Positions 13,087 to 24,223 of a stretch of DNA of 64,000 nt are shown here, in pieces (position 1 is the first letter of the stretch; every line of letters begins with the position of its first letter). Source of the stretch: the human T2T-CHM13v2.0 reference genome, Homo sapiens. The stretch lies in NCBI RefSeq assembly GCF_009914755.1, contig NC_060925.1; one strand, given 5' to 3'. A program made the translations under genes and the position numbers. The notes beneath the pieces were generated by a model. That model had not been told where the DNA came from. It saw only the letters and a program-made list of their open reading frames with translations, and did no database searches.

Positions 13087-13520
13087 GTCTTTCTCTTTCA
13101 TTGTTTTCTACCTGGCCCTGTTCTATCCCAACATAAAGGCAATAATTTGTTACCTCATTAATGGATCTGTCCTTTTTCTTTTCTAACCACTTCCTTATGT
13201 TACTTCTGAAATCTAGTGGGGCTCTGTGGTGTCTGATTTTCCCTGGCTGCTTCTTTAGTTTTGTCTCCTTTTCCAGGCTCAACAGCGTGCTGATGGAAGT
13301 GGAAGAGCCTGAAGTCTTACAGGACTCACTGGATAGATGTTATTCGACTCCATCAATGTACTGTGAACTACGTGACTCATTCCAGCACTACAGAAGTGTG
13401 TTTTACTCATTTGAGGAACAGCACATCAGCTTTGCCCTTGACATGGACAATAGGTTCTTTACTTTGACGGTGACAAGTCTCTATCTGGTCTTCCAGATGG
13501 GAGTCATATTCCCACAATAA
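671..13520 (+). CDS. NBPF8: NBPF family gene, 3' 12 coding exons (~507 codons; Olduvai CON1, CON2, HLS1, HLS2, HLS3, CON3); 5' part lies upstream of the window. Family certain; paralog (NBPF8 vs NBPF9) inferred
   Basis: Exons 671-743, 1208-1413, 2708-2759, 6666-6829, 7872-7923, 8555-8727, 9447-9498, 10095-10267, 10977-11028, 11675-11847, 12562-12670, 13277-13520 have AG acceptors and GT donors (last exon ends at the stop) with consistent phases. They translate to hallmark motifs [13 protein letters not shown] and [24 protein letters not shown], ending FQMGVIFPQ*. Paralog call rests on the adjacent PDE4DIP-like copy. Confidence 0.9.
1208..1413 (+). CDS. NBPF8: NBPF exon, Olduvai CON1 large exon
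   Basis: catcag|GGAGATGCAG...TTCCAG|gtagc; [26 protein letters not shown]. Confidence 0.92.
2003..2277 (-). mobile_element. Alu (AluS-like), intronic
   Basis: poly-T 2003-2031 then GAGTCTTGCTCTGTCACCCAGGCTGGAGTGCAGTGG. Confidence 0.9.
2708..2759 (+). CDS. NBPF8: NBPF 52-bp small exon ([18 protein letters not shown])
   Basis: tttacag|...CTCCCAG|gtaat. Confidence 0.9.
3000..6098 (-). mobile_element. L1PA internal fragment (end of 5'UTR, ORF1, ORF2 endonuclease), interrupted at 4382-5100
   Basis: Minus-strand ORFs match L1 ORF1 ([25 protein letters not shown]) and ORF2 EN ([17 protein letters not shown]). Confidence 0.93.
4382..5100 (+). mobile_element. 5'-truncated L1PA 3' end nested in the older L1
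   Basis: ORF2 C-terminus ([15 protein letters not shown]...[16 protein letters not shown]), G-rich 3'UTR, A tail, TSD AAGAATGTTGAA at 4370-4381 and 5101-5112. Confidence 0.92.
6666..6829 (+). CDS. NBPF8: NBPF exon, Olduvai CON2 large exon
   Basis: catcag|GAATCTGCAG...ATAGGCA|gtgag; [28 protein letters not shown]. Confidence 0.92.
7872..7923 (+). CDS. NBPF8: NBPF 52-bp small exon ([18 protein letters not shown])
   Basis: ttgcag|GACATCGG...TCCCAG|gtgag. Confidence 0.9.
8317..8366. repeat. (GT)n microsatellite
   Basis: Direct reading. Confidence 0.95.
8555..8727 (+). CDS. NBPF8: NBPF Olduvai HLS1 large exon (173 bp)
   Basis: [39 protein letters not shown]; canonical splice sites. Confidence 0.92.
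9447..9498 (+). CDS. NBPF8: NBPF 52-bp small exon ([18 protein letters not shown])
   Basis: ttgcag|AAATTG...CCCCAG|gtaac. Confidence 0.9.
10095..10267 (+). CDS. NBPF8: NBPF Olduvai HLS2 large exon (173 bp)
   Basis: [39 protein letters not shown]; canonical splice sites. Confidence 0.92.
10977..11028 (+). CDS. NBPF8: NBPF 52-bp small exon ([18 protein letters not shown])
   Basis: ttgcag|GAATTAAA...CCCCAG|gtaac. Confidence 0.9.
11417..11477. repeat. Compound (CT)n(GT)n microsatellite
   Basis: Direct reading. Confidence 0.95.
11675..11847 (+). CDS. NBPF8: NBPF Olduvai HLS3 large exon (173 bp)
   Basis: [39 protein letters not shown]; canonical splice sites. Confidence 0.92.
12562..12670 (+). 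CDS. NBPF8: NBPF expanded 109-bp small exon with basic (NLS/furin-like) insert
   Basis: [37 protein letters not shown]; ag/gt boundaries. Confidence 0.9.
13277..13520 (+). CDS. NBPF8: NBPF terminal exon CDS, Olduvai CON3 plus hydrophobic tail
   Basis: ttccag|GCTCAACAGC; [27 protein letters not shown]...[12 protein letters not shown]. Confidence 0.92.
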
Positions 13521-15122
13521 GCAGCCCTTACTAAGCCGAGAGGTGTCATTCCTGCAGGCAGGACCTATAGGCGCCTGAAGATTTGAATGAAACTATAGTT
13601 CCATTTGGAAGCCCAGACATAGGATGGGTCAGTGGGCATGGCTCTATTCCTATTCTCAGAGCATGCCAGTGGCAACCTGTGCTCAGTCTGAAGACAATGG
13701 ACCCACGTTAGGTGTGACACGTTCACATAACTGTGCAGCACATGCCGGGAGTGATCAGTCGGACATTTTAATTTGAACCACGTATCTCTGGGTAGCTACA
13801 AAATTCCTCAGGGATTTCATTTTGCAGGCATGTCTCTGAGCTTCTATACCTGCTCAAGGTCATTGTCATCTTTGTGTTTAGCTCATCCAAAGGTGTTACC
13901 CTGGTTTCAATGAACCTAACCTCATTCTTTGTGTCTTCAGTGTTGGCTTGTTTTAGCTGATCCATCTGTAACACAGGAGGGATCCTTGGCTGAGGATTGT
14001 ATTTCAGAACCACCAACTGCTCTTGACAATTGTTAACCCGCTAGGCTCCTTTGGTTAGAGAAGCCACAGTCCTTCAGCCTCCAATTGGTGTCAGTACTTA
14101 GGAAGACCACAGCTAGATGGACAAACAGCATTGGGAGGCCTTAGCCCTGCTCCTCTCAATTCCATCCTGTAGAGAACAGGAGTCAGGAGCCGCTGGCAGG
14201 AGACAGCATGTCACCCAGGACTCTGCCGGTGCAGAATATGAGCAATGCCATGTTCTTGCAGAAAACGCTTAACCTGAGTTTCATAGGAGGTAATCACCAG
14301 ACAACTGCAGAATGTAGAACACTGAGCAGGACAACTGACCTGTCTCCTTCACATAGTCCATATCACCACAAATCACACAACAAAAAGGAGAAGAGATATT
14401 TTCGGTTGAAAAAAAGTAAAAAGATAATGTAGCTGCATTTCTTTAGTTATTTTGAACCCCAAATATTTCCTCATCTTTTTGTTGTTGTCATGGATGGTGG
14501 TGACATGGACTTGTTTATAGAGGACAGGTCAGCTGTCTGGCTCAATGATCTACATTCTGAAGTTGTCTGAAAATGTCTTCATGATTAAATTCAGCCTAAA
14601 CGTTTTGCCGGGAACACTGCAGAGACAATGCTGTGAGTTTCCAACCTCAGCCCATCTGCGGGCAGAGAAGGTCTAGTTTGTCCATCACCATTATGATATC
14701 AGGACTGGTTACTTGGTTAAGGAGGGGTCTAGGAGATCTGTCCCTTTTAGAGACACCTTACTTATAATGAAGTACTTGGGAAAGCAGTTTTCAAGAGTAT
14801 AAATATCCTGTATTCTAATGATCATCCTCTAAACATTTTATCATTTATTAATCCTCCCTGCCTGTGTCTATTATTATATTCATATCTCTACACTGCAAAT
14901 TTTGGGTCTCAATTTTTACTGTGCCTTTGTTTTTACTAGTGTCTGCTGTTGCAAAAAGAAGAAAACATTCTCTGCCTGAGTTTTAATTTTTGTCCAAAGT
15001 TAATTTTAATCTATACAATTAAAACCTTTTGCCTATCACTCTGGACTTTTGGATTGTTTTTCACATTCAGTGTTATAATATTTGATTATGCTGATTGGTT
15101 TTGGTGGGTACTGATGCGAATT

Positions 15123-15128
15123 AATAAA
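15123..15128 (+). terminator. Probable NBPF polyadenylation signal
   Basis: AATAAA ~1.6 kb after the stop, followed by T/GT-rich sequence. Confidence 0.65.
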
Positions 15129-16519
15129 AACATTTCATTTCCATGTTTATTTTGTAATCTCTTCCACATTGTAGGCTATGTTTACCATACGTAGCAGAAT
15201 GTGTTTACATTTCTTGGTTCTAGTCATTTGTATTCTTCGTGAGTGTGAGAGTGTGTGTGTGCGTGTGTGTGTCTGTGTGTGCCTTTGGCATTTAGGAAGG
15301 GTTGTATAGCTCATGTTAAATATTGCACTAAAAATGTTTTTGATGGTTTTCCTCCCTTTGAACTAGACACACTTCTAATATTTGGTTTATAGTTTTAAAT
15401 TATAACTTTCAGCATCAAATATTTCCATACAACAGTCAATTACATGATGTGTTTTCTTTTTCCTACCTCCTTTACCTGCCACTTCTCATAATAGTATTTG
15501 AACCTAAACATATACCGGTGACATTCTGTGATTATCATCTTGCCCCTACCTTGGTTTTTGGTTTAGATCCACAATGAAATATATTAACGCTCATGAGCTA
15601 TTCAAAAGTGAATGTCACAGTCATCACTTGCTGAGTGGTACTCATCCTTAACAGAGTCCTCATGAGGGAATCAGGTCTCGCTGAGTTTAGCATGTTTAAT
15701 AATCTTTTCTCACGGTCTCGATACATGGATCGCATTACTAGATATAAGGTGCTTGCCCAAAATGATTTTTCTGGAGTTTTTAGGAGATATTGTCCTCCTT
15801 GGGGGACATACATGGTGTATGTTCTCATTGTGGGATTCGATTTTGTTCTACCAGGACCTCTAATTTCTGCCAGTTACTTCACTCATTTGTTCTCTTCACC
15901 ATGAGTCTCCAGAGGATACTTCCATGGTCCGTGCCTCCCCATCTCCCAGTAATTCTGCATTTCCAAGATTGGCACCTCTGGTCCTCTGCACGGTGAAGCC
16001 CCTTCCTTTCAATTCCCCAGTAGCCAGTGCTCTAATCCACCAGGTCTCAGGCATGATCTATGTTTCTCCACACTCGCTTTCTGAGGATAGTTTTGCCTGG
16101 GTTCTATCATGAACAGGCCCTCCCTGCTGTCCTGGCCTCTATTTGCATAGTGTTTCCTGCTCCCTCTGCCGTCGTGTGGCTCCCAGACCTGGCTAAAGAA
16201 AATCACCTGAGGGCCACAGTGTTCCCTAGCCCTGGTGTTTAGGGGCAGGATTATGGGTGAGATTTTTGAGTCTCTAAGTTGACCCCTACGGCTCTGAAGT
16301 GTATGTTGAGAAATTCAGCTGTTATCATCCTAGGTGGACTTGCTCCCTCCTATCCTCCTACTTCAAATGCAGAACTTCAATCGTTTACAAAAGAAGACTG
16401 AATCGTATAATAGAACACACCCTTATTCATTGGCTGGCTTCACCAATCTCGTGGCTGAACTTGTAAAAATACAATCTTAGCCACATACCTATGAAATGTA
16501 TATGTGTGTGTATATATAT

Positions 16520-16810
16520 ACATGAATTTGCTTCTGAGATTATGGAGGCTGAAATTCCCAAGATGGAAGGAAAGCTGGATACCCAGGAAAGCATTTGTTT
16601 CCCATTAGGCCTCTTAATTCTCTCCTGGCCCTTGATTGATTGCATGAGGCCCACCCCTATTAAGGAGGGCAATCTGCTTCACTTAGTCTGCCCATCCCAA
16701 TGTTAATCGTATCTGAAAGACTCTCTGGAACACAACCAGAATCATGTTTGGCCAAATGTCCTGGCACCCTGGTGCTCGGTCACAGTGACAAGTACAAGTA
16801 ACTATCACAC
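16520..16810 (+). mobile_element. MLT2-type (ERVL) LTR fragment
   Basis: GATTATGGAGGCTGA, ATGAGGCCCACCC..GAGGGCAATCTGCTT..CCAGAATCATGTTTG..TAACTATCACA resemble MLT2 LTR motifs. Confidence 0.65.
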
Positions 16811-17511
16811 ATGCCCTTTGTCATATTGGTGATTTCCACTGTTTTTCTCCCAAACTGCAGCTTATATTTGTTCTCTTAGTACTGTTGAGCAAAAACTTAA
16901 TTTTTATAAAGTCGAATTTATCAATGTTTTCTTTAATGGTTTGTGTTTATTGATAATAAAGAACACTTTACCTAACTCTGTGTCATGAAGATTTTGTCTT
17001 ATATTTTCTGCTATACTTTTTCTAGTTTTATAGTTTATATTTAGTTGCATAATCCATTTTGAGTTAGTTTTTGAGTTAGTATTGAGGTTCAGGTGAATTT
17101 TTTTCCTTTGGGGATAAAAAAAAAATTGTGTAAAAAAAAGTTGTTTCTACACAATTTGTTGACAAGAGAATGCCTTCTCCACTGAATCATATTTGCACCT
17201 TTGTCAATCCATTGGGTGGTTGAGACTGGTGAGAGGACTGTCCTGGTGTTTGGACAGAGAGACAGGGCATGAAGTAGGGTGGTTCTTATGGGAAAAATTA
17301 AGGAAGACACATTTTTCCATGAGGAATAGGAAATCCCCAAGCACAATTGGGGGTACCCTCTACCAGCATGTTGTAGCACACTCATCTCTGCTCTACCTGT
17401 CCTGCTGCAAAAGCTTGGGTGTGCATAGACACTGAGGTTGAGTGGTGTCTTTGGGCATTTTGAGCATTGACACCAAAGTTCCAGCATCAAATCTTAGAAT
17501 ATCAAGCAGCC

Positions 17512-17765
17512 AGATGGATCACCTGAGGTCAGGAGTTCACGACCAGCCTGACTAACATGGTGAAACCCCATATCTACTAAATACAAAAAAATTAGCCAGG
17601 CATGATTGTGCATGCCTGTAATCTGAGCTACTTGGGAGGCTGAGACAGGAGAATCGCTTGTGTACCTGGGAGGTGGAGGTTGCAGTGAGCTGAGATCACA
17701 CCATTGCACTCCAGCCTGGGCAATGAGAGCAAAACTCTATCCCCCCGCAAAAAAAAAAAAAAATA
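17512..17765 (+). mobile_element. Alu (5'-truncated AluS)
   Basis: GGATCACCTGAGGTCAGGAGTTC...GCACTCCAGCCTGGG, A tail. Confidence 0.9.
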
Positions 17766-17769
17766 AAAG

Positions 17770-18623
17770 AATATGAAGCAGCCAAAGAAGCAGGAAAACA
17801 TGACACATAATGAAGAATCTAATAATCTAGTTGAAATTGACAGACATGTTGGACATAGAAGAAAAGGACATTAGAGCAGTTAGTATAATTGTATTTTAAT
17901 TAAATGGGGAGGTTGAAGATTTTTTAAATATCAAATTCTGTAGATAAAAAGTATGATTTACAGTCTGAAATGGAAGAAGGCAGTGGATTAAACATTGCAG
18001 AAGAGAAGATTATTGAACTAGAAGGAATAGAAGTTGAAACTAACATAAATGAAACACACAGTAACAAATGACTTGAAAACATAAAAAGACCATTGGCATC
18101 AAAACTTTAAACCCCCCAGTATAGGGCTAAATGGAATCCCTGAAGGGCGTGTAGTGGAGAAGAGAGACAAAGATATTTAAAACATACTGGATGAAAGATT
18201 TAGAAGCTCCATGGAAACCATAAACTTCAAATATTACAGAAATATGATTATTCTAAGAACAAGAAACATGAAGAAAACTTCACCAAGGAACGCCTTAATC
18301 AAATCCATCAAAACCAGTGATAAAAAGGAAATCCTAAAAGGAATAAAAAGGGAAAGAACATGTTACATACAGAGCACTAAATATAAGGATGGCATAAGAT
18401 TTCTCATACAAACAAGAAGTTTGCAATAAAGAACTTAAAAAAAGAAAAACTGTCACCTACAATTCTACACCTGGCCAAATTATCTTTTAAAAATAAACAT
18501 GAGAAAAAGTATTTTTGAACAGAAAACAAAATGATCTCAATTTGCAGATGTTGTGATCCTATACATAGAAAATCCCAAATAATACCTACAGATGCAAACA
18601 CACATACATGCATACAGAGGCCA

Positions 18624-18661
<38 letters not shown>

Positions 18662-19140
18662 TACACACACTACTAGAGTTAATAAGTGAATTCAGCAAAC
18701 TTTCAGCAAACAATCAGTTGTGTTAGCAATGAACAATCTGAGAAGAAAATTGACACAATGATTTCATTTATAATAGCACTTGTAAGAATAATATGCCTGA
18801 GAATAAATTTGTTCAAGAAGGTGCCGTACTTGTACACAGACAACTACAGAACATTGCTCGAGGAGATTCAGGAAGACCTAAATCAATGGACAGACATCTT
18901 GTGTCCATGGGTTGGAAGTTGTAACATGGTTAAGATAAAAATACAACTCAAAGCAACCCACAGATTCAATACAATCCTATCAAGAAGTGGCCTTTTTTAC
19001 AGGAATGCCTAAGAAGAACTTCATATTCCTAAAAAATAGTGTGTCCCCCCAAAACAAAAGCAATCTTGAAATGCAAGAAGAAACATTTTCTATTCCAAAG
19101 GTCTTTAACTGCTCTAAGCAGTACTTGGTAGTCTTCAATA
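17770..19140 (+). mobile_element. Old L1M fragments (ORF1/ORF2-like) with an embedded (CA)n at ~18625-18670
   Basis: A-rich; translation ENYRTLLEEIQEDLNQWTDILCPWVG-like resembles L1 ORF2 [14 protein letters not shown]. Confidence 0.7.
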
Positions 19141-19184
19141 TATAGGCTTTCATATCTCTTTTTTTCTTCTTTTGTTTCTGCACA

Positions 19185-19440
19185 GGATCTCACTCTTTCA
19201 CCCAGGCTGGAGTACAGTGGCACAATCACAGCTCACTGCAGCATGGAATTCTCAGGCCTATGACATCCTAGGGCCTCATCCACTGATTCCTGGGACTACA
19301 GGCTCACACCACCAAACCCGGATAATTTTTCTGATTTTCAGTAGAGATGAGGGCTCACTATGTTGCCTAGGCTAGTTTCAAGCTTCTGAGATCAAGCAAC
19401 CCTCCTGCCACAGCCTTCCAAAGTGCTGGGATTCGAAGCC
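19185..19440 (-). mobile_element. AluJ-like
   Basis: CCCAGGCTGGAGTACAGTGGCACAATCACAGCTCACTGCAG...CCAAAGTGCTGGGATT. Confidence 0.85.
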
Positions 19441-19592
19441 AAGCCTGGCTGGCTTTCATGTCTTTTCTATGTAGTTTATGTTTCTGGATGCCATTGAGAG
19501 TCTGGCTGGCTTTCACATATTTGCTATGTCGTTTATATTTCTTGATGTTATTGTAAATGTTTATTAAAGGAATCTTTTAAAAACTTTGTTTT

Positions 19593-19895
<303 letters not shown>

Positions 19896-20523
19896 TTAAA
19901 ATTATATATTTAAGGAATTACATATATATTTATATATATAAAATACATATCCTTAAATTATATATATTTAAGGAATACAATCTGAGGACTACATATACAT
20001 ATACATAATGAACTAATGCCTACTAGGTGAGGGGCTGCCTTGTGAGCAAACCCAAGGTCCCTGGCTTATGAAGCCTTTGTCTAGAAGGAGGGAGGGATCA
20101 GCAAGGTGGGCACACAGCAGGTTCTGTCTTTGGTGTGGGCATCTGCCCACTCGGGTCTCTGGCAATACTAACCAGGCTTCACGATGGGTGAGGTGAGCTA
20201 GGAATGGGAAAGTGGATGACTTCAGATCCAGAGACTGCAGTTGTCACCTGGGGACCTGGCGTAGGCGTGGAGGAGTCTCCCACTGACTTGGCCCTGGGTC
20301 AATGCCCAAACATGCACAAGGACGGGACTCTCGGCCTCAATGCTTTAGGGGCCCCCAGTCTTCTAAAGAGGGTTTGTGGTGGGGAAGAATGTTCAACAAA
20401 ACAGAAGAGTTATGGGTACTCTAGCTTGGCAACGGAGAATACTTCCTTGTGCTACTAAATGGCAATATTTGACAATTACGGATGACACAATTGAGCAACA
20501 GCTTTCACTGTTTAACAAGCAGT

Positions 20524-20595
20524 GTCTCTGGAACACTGGGTTAGTGCTGTCGGATGTTGACTGAAAAGTCAGTGGTTTGAGCCCATCCAGTCATA
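20524..20595 (+). pseudogene. Degenerate tRNA-Asn(GTT) pseudogene
   Basis: GTCTCTG..GGTTAGTGC..CGGATGTTGACTGAAAAGTCAGTGGTTTGAGCCCATCCAG aligns to human tRNA-Asn GTCTCTG..GGTTAGCGCG..CGGCTGTTAACCGAAAGGTTGGTGGTTCGAGCCCACCCAG, with CpG decay and a broken B box. Confidence 0.75.
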
Positions 20596-23500
20596 TTAAT
20601 GTTTCTAGCTGATGTGACCTTCCATCTGAAGAGTCTCTTCCTTGGACCAAATATCTCTTAAAGCTTCTCTTCTTCTTGTCTCTTGTCTATTTTCTAAGGT
20701 GCCTCTTTGTTGCTTGGGGCAAAAAAAGTCCATTTTAAATCCACACCCAACAAACATCTACCCTTATGTATCCTGGTTTTTAGGGTTTTGAGTTTGTTGT
20801 TTGTTTTCTCAGCTTCTCATATTTGGAATACTGGAAATTCCTAAAGTGGAAAATGACAGAACGTGAATCACAGCTATGGTGAAGCCACAGGCTCTGGATG
20901 AAAAACCTAATCTGCCAGGGTTTGAAGTTAAACACATGAATCTTCTGTGCCTCCATTTCTATCTGTCCAATGGGCTAAATCAGAACACTTAGGTTGTCCA
21001 GTGTTTAAATGAGCAGTGCAGGAAAAGCCTGGAGCCAATGCCTGTCATGTAGTAATTGGTCAACACGCATGAGCTCCTATCAGCGCCATGGTCTCCAGCA
21101 TTTCCATCAGGCTTTGATCTTTGAAATGTCCTTCTTGATATGAATGGATCATTCCTCAAACATTCTCTAACTGATGGCCATGAAATTGCTCCAATGTGTA
21201 TTATTACAAATACAACTGCAGGGACCAGACTGACACATGTATCTGTCGTGCATCGCTTGTCTATTTCTCTGTAGACACCTGGAGATGGAATTGTCAGACC
21301 AAAGTATTTATACATTTTTGATTTTGCTAATTTCTGTCTAAATTACTGTGAAAAGAAGATATAACATGTCATACTTTTAACATTTTTTGAGAATTCTCTT
21401 TTTCTCCATCTTCTGGCCAAAACTGGGAAGTACTTGCCTACCATTTCCTCTGAACTCACTTTTGCCAACATTTGTGTAGTCATACAGTGAGATCACATTG
21501 TATGCAAGACATCAAACTCAAATCCTTAAATGAAAGCGATTAACATGACTGTGTAAAAATTTATCTTCAAAATACAATGAATACATATATGCACATATTT
21601 ATATGGGAAAGGAATTATTTGGATACTTTATCAAAGTTATATATACTTGAAAATTTGTTTAGTAAAATAGCAGTCCCCTTGTGTACTCCCAGAGTTTCAT
21701 CACATAGAAGCAATTATTTCGTTATTTATCTCCTTATGTCTAAATAGATATTATTACTTTTTGATTTTCAAGTTTAGGCACTACCTCTCCTTCACATACT
21801 TGCTCATCACCACCACCCCCAAACACGCCTCTCACCACCTTACCCTCCAACACGTTTGTGTCCTCATTTGCTGGGTCAATTGCTACATTGTTATAACTTG
21901 TATATTTTATTCAGAGTTCAGTCACATTGGATATACATAGCAGGAATGAGAGGCCAGTATCTTCAGGGACTCTCTCTCAAGTAGATAAGCTTCAAAGATT
22001 TTTGCAATCTTTGGTCACCCTCCCCATCGTTTTCCTATTCCAGGTAAGTACTGGATCTGATGGGCCCAGCTCAGGTCAGGCACTCTCTCCTTGAGCAGGG
22101 GAGAGCGGGACATCTTCATGTGTACTACCAGGAAGACACTGTTCAAAGAGGGACAGGTAGTTCTAAGACAGAAAAGTCTGTCTGGGGTACAGGTAGGCAA
22201 AACAAGGACACACACACAAAAATTAGTCTGTTCTGTGAGGGGAGCATGCAGTAGAGGGTGGATTCAGAGTGGGAGGGGAGAGTTTTGAGAGATATGGGCC
22301 ATGGATATCACTCTGTGGGCCGGAGCCACACAAGACGGTTGGGGTCTTTCAGGGGCAGGGAGCTGAGGAGGATCTGCCCTCCCCAACCTGGGAGACTGGT
22401 GAGGGGACTGTCCTGGTCACCAGACAGAAATGGGGTCTGGGCCAGGGCGGTTCTGGTGGGAAAGAAAGAACAGGACATCTCCTTAAGGAAAGGTCCTGAG
22501 TCAGGTCTTAGTAGGGAGAGAGGTTACCTTGGGCATTGGCAGCTGAAGATGCTTGGCCAGATGAGGGCACTGAAATCCATGTCCTATAAACTTGTAGTTC
22601 TAGTAAAAGAATGACAGCAGTAAAGGGTCTTTAGGAAGAGGAGGTGGAAGACCTGTTTTGGGTTGGGGGCTCCAAGAAGAATGTCTGCCTTGCTGTGCAG
22701 AAGCCTGCTACACAACCTCCCTGGTCCCCTTCCTTAGTCTCCTGGCCAGACCCCTGTGAGCCCTGGAAGTGCACAATCAGCTCAGCCAAGGCATCTCCAG
22801 CTGGGACTCATCCCTGGGCATTTCTGTGGCCTTGGGTGCCCTGGCCTCCTCCAGGCCCTGTCTTGCAGGCAATCATCCTGCAAGGGAAGGGGGAAAGGAG
22901 GCTACCTGACAGTTAACTCTGAGTGGCTTCACAAGGTCCTGACTTAGCTCCTAGTCACTTGCAAACCTATATACCCCCATTTCATCCCCCAAACGATGAA
23001 AAGAAACTTTGCAGGACTCATGCCAGACAAATAGGGTGGGACCATTCTGTAGAGCCAAGTTCTCAGGACATCAATAAGAGATGGAAACCACCTGCTGGAA
23101 GGTGCCACAGTGGGAACCTTGGGGTCAGGGAGCAGTCACTGAACTGTCAGGGTGAATCCTGGCTCCTGGCCCTCACACACCCTTTCTCCCCCTCCCTCCT
23201 TCTCTCCTCCCTCCTGTCTGCTCTTTCCCCTCTCTCCCCTGCATCCCTCAGGTACCTTCCATGGGCCCTGACCCCTCCTTTTCAGAGGCTCCAAAGTGAG
23301 CCCTCAAAACACTTGGTAACCTTGGACATTTCCAAAACTGGAGAGACTTGACCACAGCATTTTTATGAGCTAGGAAGGTCCTCCAGAGCTCTTGCCTAAA
23401 TTTTTCTGCTGATGAGAAGAGAACAAGAGTTTCCATCTGATCTGGTCCTAAGGCAACTTCTCCTTGGAGCAGAGTCTGGGCAGGAAGAAGGGGGTTGCCC

Positions 23501-24151
23501 AGGGCCCTGGACTTGCCCCTCCCAGCTGCTCTGCTCCTCTCCCCTTCACTGCGGGAGGCTGGCCAGGGATCAGGAACCTCTGTTCTCCACAGATGCTGGG
23601 ATCTCAAGTTCAAATCTAAATATTGGCTGATTTAGGAGGCTAAGGGAGGCAATTGGCTGGAGGGAGGTGTCAGGATTTGGGACAAGAGCAGCATCTAGTT
23701 GCCGTCCACAGAGACCCCAAGGACAGGAATCCACTGGTAGCTGGTCAGAGGGGATCCCATGAAAACAAAATCAAACGCGCGCTTTAGTACTGGACCCAAG
23801 ATCAGGAGATGAAAAACTGCACTGTCCTAAGGGATGAAGGAATTAGGGAATCCCAGAAGTAAAGCTTTTCATATAGGTCATTTCTTCCAAAGAGACATAG
23901 GGCAATGGCCCAATGACGTGAACAAAAGAAAACTCGGGGTCTAGGATTGAGGGGAGGCAGCCTTTTTAGTGGAGACCTGTGACCTGGAGGCCCAGGGTCA
24001 CCCTGAGAGGGGAGGGGTCTTGCTGGTCGCTGGGTCCGGGACTCCAATTGCACACAGCCAGTGGCATGGAGGGTCTGTGACCACGATTGGGCAATTTCCC
24101 CCATTCTGCTTATGGAGCAATAGAGAAGAACCTCACTGGAATTATACAGAA

Positions 24152-24223
24152 AGGTCCCAGTGAGACTTGAACTCTGATCACTGTATTCAGAGTCCAAAGT
24201 GCTCACCATTACACCATGGAACC
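24152..24223 (-). tRNA. tRNA-Gln(CTG)-like gene, probably low-activity or pseudogene
   Basis: GGTTCCATGGTGTAATGGTGAGCACTTTGGACTCTGAATACAGTGATCAGAGTTCAAGTCTCACTGGGACCT (72 nt); acceptor stem pairs, anticodon CTG, mismatches in anticodon and T stems. Confidence 0.85.

Noticed and set aside
15598-15996. Cluster of short overlapping ORFs downstream of the NBPF poly(A) signal
   Set aside because: No recognisable homology or splice structure; lengths are consistent with chance.
19444-19555. ~57-bp diverged tandem duplication (CTGGCTGGCTTTCA...)
   Set aside because: Lies in a decayed L1M/AluJ junction; an ordinary local duplication with no sign of function.
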